From an uncultured virus (IMG/VR IMGVR_UViG_3300033068_001295) (taxonomy: Duplodnaviria; Heunggongvirae; Uroviricota; Caudoviricetes), in IMG/VR virus record IMGVR_UViG_3300033068_001295: a stretch of 64,000 nucleotides of DNA; one strand, written 5' to 3'. Of this stretch, positions 43,209 to 53,261 are shown piece by piece (position 1 is the first letter of the stretch; the number at the start of each line of letters is the position of its first letter). The notes under the pieces are model-generated. The model was not told the origin of the DNA, searched no databases, and saw only the letters and a list, made by a program, of their open reading frames with translations. A program made the position numbers and the translations under genes.

Positions 43209-45956
43209 TTATAAAACGAAGTCGGGGTGCTCTTCTAAATATGTAGAAAGATATTGCAGGTTGGTTTTGTTACTTCCTGTTGATATTCTACTTACAAGTG
43301 TTGAGTATATTAAATCTAACTCTTTTGCTGCAACTTTAGCTGATGGGTAAACTACCTTTGTGACACAGTCTATAACAGGAATTCTCTTATCGGAGTTCTT
43401 TTCTTTTTTAATCTTCCCCTCATTGATTTTTATACCTTTTTCAAAATCTCTTAAATATTGAAAATTAGTTGTATTGTAATTATCACCTCTTAACATTGAT
43501 GTTAATGTACTTGACTTCATGTTAATTGTTTTTGCCGCTTTAGGTACATCTTCATATTCTAATTTTGTCGATATATCAATTACATATCGATACTTGTCTA
43601 TTTTGTGTAAGTCTTCAGGCTTTAACCCATTTTCAAAATCTTTTACATATAAAAATCTCGTTTTATTTCTTGATTTGCCTAAAAACATGTCATCTAAAGA
43701 ATGTCTACTTATCCCAATTTTTTCAGAAAGAGATGATACACTAGGATAAGTTTCTTTTGTGTCAAAATTTATAACTTCTTTTGCGTCTTTTCTTATCTTT
43801 ATGGTAGGTTTTAAATCCCCTTTTAAAAAATCTTCATAATAAATTATATTCGATATATTTGAGTGAATTCCTGCCAGTTGATACATTAATGTTGTATATG
43901 GAATATTATTCTCTTTAGCTTCTGCTCCTTGTTTTACACCTTCCGCGGTTTCATAAGTAGTTGCTTGCCCTAACGTTTGAGGTGTTATTCCTATTTGAGA
44001 TAGTGCCTCTTGTTTATATTGCTGTGCTAGTTGCCATCTGTATTGTACTTGTGTGGCATAAACAATTTCTTGTCTTTGAAATACATTTGGTGAGTTTCCT
44101 TGTGTATTTTGTCGCGATAAATCAAGTCCTAATAATCCTGTATCTTTTATATCTTCGCGGATTCTAAATAAAGACTCAATTGTAGTTTCATCTTGGTATT
44201 CAGATGGAAGCCCTGTAATATCAAATGTAAAAAATACTCCTAGTTCTTTCTCTAATAGCTCGGTAATTTGATTCATACAGATGTTATGCAACTGTTGATA
44301 TGGAGCTATCTTTGAAGCAATTCCTATATCAATAATTCCAACTACGGGTAGTTTGATATCATATATATTAGAATCTTCACCTTTGATTTGGTATTCTAAA
44401 GGTTGTACATCTAAGTATAAGTCTTTTTTAAGTGTAGACCCATTACCTTTTATTTTTATAAATTTCCATGCTTCGGGAGCATAAAGATAGGTTATAGTGT
44501 TATTGTATTCAAATAAGTTTTCTTCTTTTAACGCCTTTTGTAATTCATTTAAAGATACGTCTCTAGGATTTTTAATTTCATTATCCTCTAAGAAATCTTT
44601 TAATAAATCATCTGTAACTAATTCAACAGAAGTTGAACCAGACTTGTTTTCAAATATTAAAACCGCCATTCTTTTATAGCCTCTCCAATATCCCTCTGTT
44701 ACGCGTACAGTGTCTCTTCTTACTTCAATATCGTCTCTGAGTAATTCTGAAAACGTGTTGGCGTAAAAATCTGTTTCTGTTGAATACCTTGGTAAGTATG
44801 TTGGTGTTGCAATTGGAGAACCGTCTGCACTCATTTCAGTTCTGAGTCCTAATGGTGTTCCTAAAGCCTCTTCTAGTTGAACATTGGCTTGGTGGTCATA
44901 ATAATTATTAAATGGTGTTACAGTGGGTGTTGGAAATATTTCTGATTTTGCATCTGGAACTTGTGCTCCATTAATTTCCGTATAGTTTTTGGTTTGATTC
45001 CAATAGTTTCCTACGGCTTCCTGCTCTTTCTGTGTCATTAAATGCCCAAATCTGTTAAGCATTGATGAGATTGACATTGAAGTAATTCTACCTACATATT
45101 CTCCGTTTTGTGGATATTTAGCGTCTACGTCTTGACTAAAAAATGTTTCTTCTGGCATCCATCTTTCAACAGAATAAGAGTCATATCCAACTCTAAAATG
45201 TCTAAAATATCTACCTGTAAGTAAAAAGTCTACAAACTCTTCTCTTTCTAAGTCCGCTAAATAAAATCTTTTTTTGTCAGCAGTTAATACATTTTGAGCC
45301 CACTCTGTTGCTAAAACTTTAAAGTTTTTTGAAAGGTTTGCTTCAATCTCACTTGGAGTTAAAGCCTTAGTTTGATTTTGTATTTCTTGTTTATAAGCAT
45401 CTGCCTCTTCTTGACTTTGAAAATCAGATTTATTAACATCTATTCCTCGCTGTAAAAGTAATTTGTTTACCTCTGCTATAAATGTTTGTTGAGCATATTT
45501 ATGAAGCATTTCTGTCTTCTGTCTGATATACTCGTTAGTTGAATATTCATCAATAGATTCCACTCTGTATTTATCATCTAATTGACCATAAATACCTGAT
45601 AATGCATTTACAATAATACCTATAAAATCAAAATGCTTTATATAAGTGGGGATGTTTTGAGTATCTCTTAGACTTCTGATTTTTTCATCAAACCACGGCA
45701 TGTCAAAGTCTTCATTGTCAGACACACCAGTGCCAGAATAAGTAAAAATTCCGCTCTGCATCTTTCGATAAGCATTAAACTTTATATTCTTATATAGTTG
45801 TTTAATACCATTACGTTCAATAGCGTCTACTGTTGCTTTCTTCCATGCTACAGTTTTTTTAGAATTAGGAAGTGCTTGTATTGGAATAGTGTTAGTGTTT
45901 TCTCCTGACGCTAGTCCATCTAAAGCTGTAAAATCGTGTTCTATCTTATTACTCAT
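43209..45956 (-). CDS. Chimeric ORF: portal N-terminal about 680 aa fused to the C-terminal 234 aa of the homing endonuclease
   Basis: ...KQGAEAK|ENNIPYTT...; both parts identical to their parent ORFs. Confidence 0.8.
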   Translation of the reverse strand: MSNKIEHDFTALDGLASGENTNTIPIQALPNSKKTVAWKKATVDAIERNGIKQLYKNIKFNAYRKMQSGIFTYSGTGVSDNEDFDMPWFDEKIRSLRDTQNIPTYIKHFDFIGIIVNALSGIYGQLDDKYRVESIDEYSTNEYIRQKTEMLHKYAQQTFIAEVNKLLLQRGIDVNKSDFQSQEEADAYKQEIQNQTKALTPSEIEANLSKNFKVLATEWAQNVLTADKKRFYLADLEREEFVDFLLTGRYFRHFRVGYDSYSVERWMPEETFFSQDVDAKYPQNGEYVGRITSMSISSMLNRFGHLMTQKEQEAVGNYWNQTKNYTEINGAQVPDAKSEIFPTPTVTPFNNYYDHQANVQLEEALGTPLGLRTEMSADGSPIATPTYLPRYSTETDFYANTFSELLRDDIEVRRDTVRVTEGYWRGYKRMAVLIFENKSGSTSVELVTDDLLKDFLEDNEIKNPRDVSLNELQKALKEENLFEYNNTITYLYAPEAWKFIKIKGNGSTLKKDLYLDVQPLEYQIKGEDSNIYDIKLPVVGIIDIGIASKIAPYQQLHNICMNQITELLEKELGVFFTFDITGLPSEYQDETTIESLFRIREDIKDTGLLGLDLSRQNTQGNSPNVFQRQEIVYATQVQYRWQLAQQYKQEALSQIGITPQTLGQATTYETAEGVKQGAEAKENNIPYTTLMYQLAGIHSNISNIIYYEDFLKGDLKPTIKIRKDAKEVINFDTKETYPSVSSLSEKIGISRHSLDDMFLGKSRNKTRFLYVKDFENGLKPEDLHKIDKYRYVIDISTKLEYEDVPKAAKTINMKSSTLTSMLRGDNYNTTNFQYLRDFEKGIKINEGKIKKEKNSDKRIPVIDCVTKVVYPSAKVAAKELDLIYSTLVSRISTGSNKTNLQYLSTYLEEHPDFVL

Positions 45957-46022
45957 GCAGTAAATCTTAATCCGCAAAAGTACAATTAAAGAATAACTTT
46001 ACAAAAAGTATAAAATTGTATA

Positions 46023-47396
46023 TTATAAAACGAAGTCGGGGTGCTCTTCTAAATATGTAGAAAGATATTGCAGGTTGGTTTTGTTACTTCCTGTTGATAT
46101 TCTACTTACAAGTGTTGAGTATATTAAATCTAACTCTTTTGCTGCAACTTTAGCTGATGGGTAAACTACCTTTGTGACACAGTCTATAACAGGAATTCTC
46201 TTATCGGAGTTCTTTTCTTTTTTAATCTTCCCCTCATTGATTTTTATACCTTTTTCAAAATCTCTTAAATATTGAAAATTAGTTGTATTGTAATTATCAC
46301 CTCTTAACATTGATGTTAATGTACTTGACTTCATGTTAATTGTTTTTGCCGCTTTAGGTACATCTTCATATTCTAATTTTGTCGATATATCAATTACATA
46401 TCGATACTTGTCTATTTTGTGTAAGTCTTCAGGCTTTAACCCATTTTCAAAATCTTTTACATATAAAAATCTCGTTTTATTTCTTGATTTGCCTAAAAAC
46501 ATGTCATCTAAAGAATGTCTACTTATCCCAATTTTTTCAGAAAGAGATGATACACTAGGATAAGTTTCTTTTGTGTCAAAATTTATAACTTCTTTTGCGT
46601 CTTTTCTTATCTTTATGGTAGGTTTTAAATCCCCTTTTAAAAAATCTTCATAATAAATTATATTCGATATATTTGAGTGAATTCCTGCCAGTTGATACAT
46701 TAATGTTGTATATGGAATATTATTCTCTTTAGCTGCTGTTTTTATACTCGGATATCTTTCTTCTTTTATTAAATGATAACACTCTCTAAAGCAAGACTCT
46801 ATGTCTCCTGCTAATTCATTATATTTTAAACCTTTGTTATGGTCATCTAAATAAACACAAGTAGTTCTATTTATTATCTTTCCTAATAAATAACTCCCCA
46901 TAATACTTTTACTGACATTATTAGCTAATGCCGCTTCTTCTCTACTACCATAAGTAATATTCTTTAATTGGTCATATACTTTTTTAGATGCGTGTGAGTC
47001 AGCACCTCTTTTACCAAACATAGGGTGTTTTTCTCCTTTAAACCTGTCACTTCTTGCTTTTTTCTGAGCGTCTGAGCATTTATAACCTGTTCCGCCATCT
47101 CCTCCATCTGTAAGATTCAAAAGTTCTCCTTTACCTAAATCTTTTCGTCCGTAATAAGCTATCAATGCTACTTCTAATTCTACCGCATCTTTCCAAGTCA
47201 TATTTGTTTTAAGTATTTCTACATGAAACCCATATTTATTAGTATAGCTTTTCCACCAATCACTTCTTTTATTTTTATCAAAAGGTCTTTTAATATCGCC
47301 TATTCCTATGTAAAATACAGTAGTATTTAACCCCTCTTTTACATGTCTATATAAGCAATAAACCTCGTCTGTTATTTCTCTTTTATCTCGTGGCAT
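46023..47396 (-). CDS. GIY-YIG homing endonuclease with multiple NUMOD/HTH DNA-binding repeats
   Basis: YCLYRH...FYIGIG, EVALIAYYGR..LNLTDGGDG, HPMFGK, and five Y(P/E/G)(S/D)-helix repeats; between terminase and portal. Confidence 0.85.
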   Translation of the reverse strand: MPRDKREITDEVYCLYRHVKEGLNTTVFYIGIGDIKRPFDKNKRSDWWKSYTNKYGFHVEILKTNMTWKDAVELEVALIAYYGRKDLGKGELLNLTDGGDGGTGYKCSDAQKKARSDRFKGEKHPMFGKRGADSHASKKVYDQLKNITYGSREEAALANNVSKSIMGSYLLGKIINRTTCVYLDDHNKGLKYNELAGDIESCFRECYHLIKEERYPSIKTAAKENNIPYTTLMYQLAGIHSNISNIIYYEDFLKGDLKPTIKIRKDAKEVINFDTKETYPSVSSLSEKIGISRHSLDDMFLGKSRNKTRFLYVKDFENGLKPEDLHKIDKYRYVIDISTKLEYEDVPKAAKTINMKSSTLTSMLRGDNYNTTNFQYLRDFEKGIKINEGKIKKEKNSDKRIPVIDCVTKVVYPSAKVAAKELDLIYSTLVSRISTGSNKTNLQYLSTYLEEHPDFVL

Positions 47397-47399
47397 ATC

Positions 47400-50057
47400 T
47401 TATCGTCTGTTTCTGTAAAAAATTCTATCTCTATTCCCGTAAAATGATTTTTCTCTGACTATTAGTTTTTTATTTTCCTCTGATTCTTTATGTTTCTCAA
47501 CTGCTCTAACTTTCCATTTATGAGAACTCTGAAGATAGTGGATATAGCCCCACGCCCCAAGTGCGGCGGTCAAACGGTCAACATTGAGATTCTCATTCCA
47601 TTGAATAATTTCTTCTAAAAGCCATATATCGTCTATTCTTTGAACACCTTTTAGTCTTACTATTGTTCCATCTTCATTTTCATATTCAAATTCTTCATTA
47701 CAGTATTCAACAAATAAATTAAATAAAACTCTTTTAGTAGTATTCGGTTGCCACCCAAATTTACGTTTTAAGGTGTTAGGGATATTAAATGTTGTTGAAA
47801 AATCTAAACTTGGGGCTAAATATTTTTCAGTTAATCCTTTTCTATCTAAATATTCTTTTATTGCAAAATCTTCATTTTCTCCAAATGCTGTTCCGTCTAT
47901 CTGATAAAGTTCCATTAGTAATAGCCACTTTTCATAAACTTCTTGATGTCTCTTAGGTCTAAAGCTTAAAGAGGCTACTAATTTTTTACTAAATTTATCT
48001 CCTAATATCTCATTTTTCCAAATATATTTTGTAGCAATACTGTTTTCTTCATTTCCTTCTTCCTGCTTATAATCGTCAAAGCCCGTAGTGTAAGTACCGT
48101 ATTTAACTTTTTCTGTTGGGGGGTCTTCTAATATTAAACAAGGGGCATCCATATTAGGAGAGCTTATTGGAAATTCTACTAAAGGTTTAGTCGAAACGTC
48201 TAATTGAATTTTACCATTACTGTCCCTATAAACATCCCTTCTTCTATCCCATTTTCCTGTTTCTATTAAATGCTGTTTATGTGCTTTTGCTTCATTTATA
48301 GGGAACGGATTAGTTCTTCCACTCATAAAAATCTCTGAGGGTTTGATAGGTATATATACAACCTCTTTTGTATATGCTACTTTATTTCCTCTCTTTTTTT
48401 CTCTGGTTTCTTCAATTTTTTTTGTGGCTTTTTCCCAATCAGTTACTCTTAACTTTATTTTTTTTAATCCTTCCCCTTCTTTACCTAAATAATCGCCTAG
48501 TGTGGAATCTATTTTCGGCATGTCTACACAACATTGTCCTGGAATAAACGTGCCAAAAGGTCTTAATCTGTCCTCTTGCCAGCTTCTATATTCTACAGGT
48601 ACGCCTCTTTCTAGTATTTCCCAGTTCATGGGCATAACTTCATTGGAAACAGGGTCATTTAACACTGTAAGAGCATCAACACTAAGTGCTTCACTGCCAC
48701 CCGTCCCGCTTAATATAGGGTAGCATCTAATCAATCCGTCTGCACCTTTTAAAGCGGGTTTAATCCCCTCTAATGCAGCAATAAATTTGCTCTTAAAAAT
48801 TTCATCAAATACAAATTCATCTGGGGTAAACCCTGCTAGAATTTCTTCATTGTTTCCACTATCTGTATTAATTATGTACAGTGTAGACAAAAGTATTGTC
48901 TTATTAGACTTTGTTTTTAAACCTAATTCAACCTTATCTTTCCAATCATTTGCCACATTAAAAACAGCAAAAGCAGGGTTTTTATATTGTATATCTGTTT
49001 TAAAATTTTTAGCAATCTGATTTAAATCTTTTGCCGAACCACCTGCACACAACAATTCTTTTTTTCCTATTGTGGCAGCGTGTCCTAGTTTAGAACTTTC
49101 TAAAGTTGTTTTTGCGGCACGTCTAGTAGCGGCAATAAAAGTTATAAGAATTTTATTATTTTTTGCATTCTCATAATTTTCAAACACCATTACATCTGAA
49201 TCTCTTAATGGTGGATTAACAATTTTATCCACAGATTCAAACTGCTTATTTTTATCATTAAAAATACTGTGAGGTATAGGAGTGACAAAAACATTCACAT
49301 GATAATACATCCAACCTGAAATATAATATCCATCTACAACTATCCCTCTCTCTAATTTGTTAAATTCTTTAACGTAGTATTCTAAAGTAGAACGCTCCTG
49401 TTGCCAATAATGTTTAGATGTGTTCCAAATCGGAGGATTAGGGTTATGTATGTGAAAATCGTTTCCTGGGTCTGCATTGAAATCAATCCCCATTTCCTCT
49501 AGTCGTTTATTTATCTCAGGATATATTTCGGAAAGTACTTTGTGCATACTTAATGGAGCTTTTGTACCATTTAAAAACTCTATTCCCTCTGTCTCTGCTT
49601 CTGACGAATCGTCCTTTATATTTAACGCAGAAACCGTATCGTCAATAGAAGATACGGCTTTAAATAAAGTATTATGAAAAGCTATTTCATTTGCTCTAAG
49701 GTCTAAGTCCTCTATGCTTGAAATATTTGATGTAGAGATGTAATCATCTGCTCTATCTGTATGTATGCTAATTATACTTAAAGTTTCTTTTACAAAGTCT
49801 TTAAATATTTTTAAATGGTGGTCTCCTTCTGCCCTTTTTACTGAAACTTTTAACCTTTCAAGAATTGCTTTTATTAGTGCCTCTTGTACATTAAATTCTT
49901 CTAGTCTTAAATCAACTGTTGTTTTTCTTCTCCCTTTAAAACCTTCTTCTACATCCTTTGCTTTTAGTTTAGACCAATTATTTTCTTGGATGTATTTTTT
50001 ATATTTTTTAAAGTGCGGAGAATTTTTTTTAATTAACAGTTTTATCTTTTCACTCAT
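47400..50057 (-). CDS. terL: Terminase large subunit
   Basis: ATRRAAKT (Walker A-like), FVFDE (Walker B), SGTGG coupling motif, GFDDYKQ and NVDRL nuclease motifs; upstream of portal. Confidence 0.85.
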   Translation of the reverse strand: MSEKIKLLIKKNSPHFKKYKKYIQENNWSKLKAKDVEEGFKGRRKTTVDLRLEEFNVQEALIKAILERLKVSVKRAEGDHHLKIFKDFVKETLSIISIHTDRADDYISTSNISSIEDLDLRANEIAFHNTLFKAVSSIDDTVSALNIKDDSSEAETEGIEFLNGTKAPLSMHKVLSEIYPEINKRLEEMGIDFNADPGNDFHIHNPNPPIWNTSKHYWQQERSTLEYYVKEFNKLERGIVVDGYYISGWMYYHVNVFVTPIPHSIFNDKNKQFESVDKIVNPPLRDSDVMVFENYENAKNNKILITFIAATRRAAKTTLESSKLGHAATIGKKELLCAGGSAKDLNQIAKNFKTDIQYKNPAFAVFNVANDWKDKVELGLKTKSNKTILLSTLYIINTDSGNNEEILAGFTPDEFVFDEIFKSKFIAALEGIKPALKGADGLIRCYPILSGTGGSEALSVDALTVLNDPVSNEVMPMNWEILERGVPVEYRSWQEDRLRPFGTFIPGQCCVDMPKIDSTLGDYLGKEGEGLKKIKLRVTDWEKATKKIEETREKKRGNKVAYTKEVVYIPIKPSEIFMSGRTNPFPINEAKAHKQHLIETGKWDRRRDVYRDSNGKIQLDVSTKPLVEFPISSPNMDAPCLILEDPPTEKVKYGTYTTGFDDYKQEEGNEENSIATKYIWKNEILGDKFSKKLVASLSFRPKRHQEVYEKWLLLMELYQIDGTAFGENEDFAIKEYLDRKGLTEKYLAPSLDFSTTFNIPNTLKRKFGWQPNTTKRVLFNLFVEYCNEEFEYENEDGTIVRLKGVQRIDDIWLLEEIIQWNENLNVDRLTAALGAWGYIHYLQSSHKWKVRAVEKHKESEENKKLIVREKSFYGNRDRIFYRNRR

Positions 50058-50497
50058 TACTCTTTCTCAATAAAGTTTTTCACAATCTTTGTGTATTCTT
50101 CTTTTATTTTTTCTCTTATTTCTTTATTTTTTTGCGGATTTACTTCTTCTGCCGTTCCGTTTTTAATTGTGTAGATTTGTTGTTGTTTTACAAATTCTTC
50201 TATTTCTGTTTTTATTTCTTGCGGAATTTTTACAACTTCTTTTGAAATCTCATAATAATTTATAAGTTTGTTTTGTAAAAGAAGTAAATCGTTTTGGTAA
50301 TGCGCAGGTTTTTCATTTATATCAAATAATCTATCAGAACATAGTTCTAAATCATCAACGTTTTCTTTTACGAATTTTTGATAATTTTCTCTGTCTATTT
50401 TTATTTGTGGCGCGATTTCTTTTACAAAGTTTTCATACTCTTTGTATTCTTTGTATGCTGTTTCAAATATGTTTTCTATTTCTCTCATATTACCCAA
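50057..50497 (-). CDS. Hypothetical protein
   Basis: Coupled ORF upstream of terL. Confidence 0.6.
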   Translation of the reverse strand: MGNMREIENIFETAYKEYKEYENFVKEIAPQIKIDRENYQKFVKENVDDLELCSDRLFDINEKPAHYQNDLLLLQNKLINYYEISKEVVKIPQEIKTEIEEFVKQQQIYTIKNGTAEEVNPQKNKEIREKIKEEYTKIVKNFIEKE

Positions 50498-50753
50498 TTA
50501 TTTGTTTTTGTGCTATCCAAAAATCAAATTCTTGCTCATTTAAAGGTTCGTCTTTATCTTCTTGGATTGTATTGAATCTTTCAAGTGCTTCATACATTTC
50601 TTGGTCTGTCATATAAAAGAAATGTTTTCCTTTTGTATTTTGTTTGCGGACAACGCTATATAGAATTTCTCCTACTGTCATTGTTGGATTCTCTGTAATA
50701 GCTCTTTCTATTTGTGAGAAGATGCTTCCTTTGTAGTTTATTTCTTTAACCAT
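50490..50753 (-). CDS. Hypothetical protein
   Basis: Coupled ORF. Confidence 0.6.
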   Translation of the reverse strand: MVKEINYKGSIFSQIERAITENPTMTVGEILYSVVRKQNTKGKHFFYMTDQEMYEALERFNTIQEDKDEPLNEQEFDFWIAQKQIIG

Positions 50754-50758
50754 AATTT

Positions 50759-51076
50759 TTAAATGATGTTTCCTTTTATTTTTATCTGTGTTTTTACTTC
50801 TTTTCCCGCCGATTTATAACTTACTTTTAAAGTTTTTGCAAATGCTCCTCGACTATTAGTGCTCTTATATTCAATAATGCCTTGTCCATTTTGGTCTATT
50901 TCGGATGCAGTGCAACCGCAAGTCGCTAATACAGAGATATTTGTAAGTTTATCACCAACTAGCTTATAGTCTACAATAGCTTTTGCTCTATGTGGAATAT
51001 CTCCAAAATTTAATACGTGTTGGTTATTTTCAAAATAGTACTTTGCTGTGTTTGGTTTTATTATTTGTATTTCCAT
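50759..51076 (-). CDS. DUF1573-like Ig-fold protein
   Basis: NFGDI...ATCGCT...G.F.K...IKG signature. Confidence 0.7.
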   Translation of the reverse strand: MEIQIIKPNTAKYYFENNQHVLNFGDIPHRAKAIVDYKLVGDKLTNISVLATCGCTASEIDQNGQGIIEYKSTNSRGAFAKTLKVSYKSAGKEVKTQIKIKGNII

Positions 51077-51079
51077 TTT

Positions 51080-51268
51080 TTAACGTATAAAATAAGCTGG
51101 TTTTTCATTTTTAGTTCCCTGCGTGTTTTGGCGAGAACTATCAACCAATAAAACAGGGCATCCATATTGTTTTTTTAAAAATTTTGTTATCTTTTTATAA
51201 CTTAATTCTTGTATTTCTGCCGCTAAATGTGTTACTTCTACTACTAATAACCGTTTTTCTTTTTTCAT
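51080..51268 (-). CDS. Hypothetical protein
   Basis: Coupled small ORF. Confidence 0.5.
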   Translation of the reverse strand: MKKEKRLLVVEVTHLAAEIQELSYKKITKFLKKQYGCPVLLVDSSRQNTQGTKNEKPAYFIR

Positions 51269-51630
51269 TGTTTTTTATTTTCTATGTAAATTGATTTCCA
51301 TTTTCCTTTTTCACAATCTTCAGTTTCCTCAAAACTTTTGTAATAGATACTGCAAATTTCACATGCTGTGCAGTTTCCTAAATTATCTTCCTCTGCGTTT
51401 CCTGTAATCCAAGAATAAAAGTCAGATAGTGCTTTTATGGTTCTGACTTTTAAACTTAGGGTTTCTTGGTTTTTTGTATTCCAACTACATACAGCACATA
51501 TTCTTCGCCTTTTAATAACATAGTCTTCTTGGTTTTTTTTCTTTAATCTTGAGAGCACGATTATTTTTATTTTATTCAGTGTTCGTCTCATTTTGGTTTC
51601 TTTGTATTTCTTTTTTGTCGGCGGAATCAA
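51265..51630 (-). CDS. Cys-rich putative Zn-binding protein
   Basis: RRRICAVC...CTACEIC...CEKGKW; true start may be the internal Met (MRRTL). Confidence 0.6.
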   Translation of the reverse strand: MIPPTKKKYKETKMRRTLNKIKIIVLSRLKKKNQEDYVIKRRRICAVCSWNTKNQETLSLKVRTIKALSDFYSWITGNAEEDNLGNCTACEICSIYYKSFEETEDCEKGKWKSIYIENKKQ

Positions 51631-51925
51631 ATCTTTCTAATATTGGTTTTTTACAAAATTTTCCCGCGCTATGGTATGGATTATAACAAGCATCTAAAAA
51701 TCTGTCTGTCTCTTCTCCTTCTCTTACCTCTCTATGATACATTGTTCCAAAAACAGGGATTGTATATGCATAATTATTACTGTTCTTTATATCCTGTTCT
51801 AAGTACTCAAATAAACATCTTAAAAGGTCGTCTGCGTCTTCTTCTGTTACATTTTTTCTTTTGCGCGAATATGCCTCACATAAATCCTTTCTGTAATATA
51901 TTAAATCATCATACTTAACTTCCAT
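51572..51925 (-). CDS. IHF/HU-like protein
   Basis: Helix-helix followed by YTIPVFGTMY. Confidence 0.45.
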   Translation of the reverse strand: MEVKYDDLIYYRKDLCEAYSRKRKNVTEEDADDLLRCLFEYLEQDIKNSNNYAYTIPVFGTMYHREVREGEETDRFLDACYNPYHSAGKFCKKPILERFDSADKKEIQRNQNETNTE

Positions 51926-52286
51926 TTATAAAATTTATTAAAAAACACTTTCTACCTGAATTATCTATAAATACCTGTTTTAGATTTAAAAGTTCTTCAT
52001 TAACGACCTTAAGTCTTTGATTGTTTGCATGCGGTCTTAAAAAACCTTTTTTCTGCAAAGTACAATTCAGTGTATTTAGATTTTCAGGTGTTATATCTAA
52101 ACTAATTCTTATAGATTTTTTAGTTGTCAAAGAATATCCATTTAGTATGTACTCTCTGAGCACCGTCCTTTCTCTGAAAGAAAGTTCTTTATTCAAAACG
52201 GTTTTGGAAAATATATCCATCACTGTATCTAATAAAGAAGTGTTATTATTATACTTATAATCTACTTTGTATATCAGTGGTTGCAT
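51915..52286 (-). CDS. Winged-HTH DNA-binding protein
   Basis: LSFRE...IRISLDITPENLNTLNCTLQKKGFL. Confidence 0.5.
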   Translation of the reverse strand: MQPLIYKVDYKYNNNTSLLDTVMDIFSKTVLNKELSFRERTVLREYILNGYSLTTKKSIRISLDITPENLNTLNCTLQKKGFLRPHANNQRLKVVNEELLNLKQVFIDNSGRKCFLINFINGS

Positions 52287-52538
52287 TTAGTCTTTTATTA
52301 CTTGACAAATAATATAATCTTGTTTTTCTATTACAAATAAAGATTCTCCAAAACAATCTATTTCTTTTCCTGCCACCTTGTCTGTGTGGTATAAAACAGA
52401 ATCTCCTACTTCATAGTTGTCTGCTAGTTTTCCTTTATAAAGTACTTCCGTAATTACCTCTTTAGATATTCCAAATTCTGCCGTTCCTTTTTTAGGATTC
52501 CTTACTACTATTTCTGATTTTTTAAATACTGGTTTCAT
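52287..52538 (-). CDS. GroES-like protein
   Basis: EVLYKG...EVGDSVLY...IEKQDYIIC. Confidence 0.45.
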   Translation of the reverse strand: MKPVFKKSEIVVRNPKKGTAEFGISKEVITEVLYKGKLADNYEVGDSVLYHTDKVAGKEIDCFGESLFVIEKQDYIICQVIKD

Positions 52539-52833
52539 TTATTTCTTTAGCTAATAATTGTTTTTGTCTTCTTTTTACGAGCGATATAAAGTTTTTAAAT
52601 ACCACTTTATAATATATTTTTTCTGTTATAAATACCGCATCTATTTTCTGATTTCGGCAAAAGAGTATTTGTATTACTTCTGGCTCTAATGTAACTTTAG
52701 GTATTATAATTTCTTCTCCAAAATGGTATTGGTATATTATACAATTTTTATTTACTTTAGTTATAACAGCACCGCGGACAGTAAGATAGAAATGTATAAA
52801 CTCTAATAACCTTTTATAGTACTTCCTTTTCAT
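52522..52833 (-). CDS. Hypothetical basic protein
   Basis: First gene of the leftward unit; probable start MKRKY. Confidence 0.5.
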   Translation of the reverse strand: MKRKYYKRLLEFIHFYLTVRGAVITKVNKNCIIYQYHFGEEIIIPKVTLEPEVIQILFCRNQKIDAVFITEKIYYKVVFKNFISLVKRRQKQLLAKEINETSI

Positions 52834-52839
52834 CTTGTG

Positions 52840-52931
52840 CAAATATACCTACAATAATTGAAAAATCCTAATTTTTTTAGTTAAATTTTTCTTAACCGTA
52901 TTTTTTTATAATAAAATTTTTTATATATTTG
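52840..52931. promoter_or_regulatory. Divergent promoter pair at the strand switch
   Basis: TATATTTG on minus (52840-52847) and on plus (52924-52931). Confidence 0.65.
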
Positions 52932-52963
52932 TCCGTTAAAAACATTTTAACTACTTTTGTACC

Positions 52964-53209
52964 ATGCAAGAAAACAGAGATAATTTAGGTATTGAAGAAT
53001 TTGTACAAGAGATTTTAGATAGAGTTTCTAAAAAAGTAATATCAAAGGAATACATATTTGATAATGATGATTTTATAAATAAGATACTAGAAGACATGTA
53101 TGAAATATATCTTGAAGGTGCAACTTTAAATTGCCTTTCTGATTGTTTTGAAAGTTTTTTCTACAACTTATTCTTATTTGAACCGCCAACTGAAGATATT
53201 AAACGTTAA
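52964..53209 (+). CDS. Acidic hypothetical protein
   Basis: ORF after the plus-strand promoter. Confidence 0.55.
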   Translation: MQENRDNLGIEEFVQEILDRVSKKVISKEYIFDNDDFINKILEDMYEIYLEGATLNCLSDCFESFFYNLFLFEPPTEDIKR

Positions 53210-53261
53210 AATTTTCTTTATGTATTTTGAAATGTCAAATATATGTTGTAATATTGCATAA

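Larger units (their letters stand above)
41099..46734. repeat. 2814-bp tandem duplication (41099-43920 and 43913-46734) with 8-bp microhomology ctttagct
   Basis: Translated ORFs on both strands are identical at offset 2814; ctttagct at 41099, 43913 and 46727. Confidence 0.95.

Noticed and set aside
46023..47396. Homing endonuclease as part of a group I intron in terL or portal
   Set aside because: terL stops at 47400 and portal has its own promoter and start; no room for an intron core, so it is free-standing
833..52260. Numerous short plus-strand ORFs within the virion module
   Set aside because: Antisense shadows of long minus-strand genes, with Ser/Phe/Leu-rich composition and no motifs
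52870..52890. 10-nt match (ttaactaaaa) between the putative TnpB guide region and the divergent promoter region
   Set aside because: Too short and AT-rich to exceed chance; guide boundary unknown
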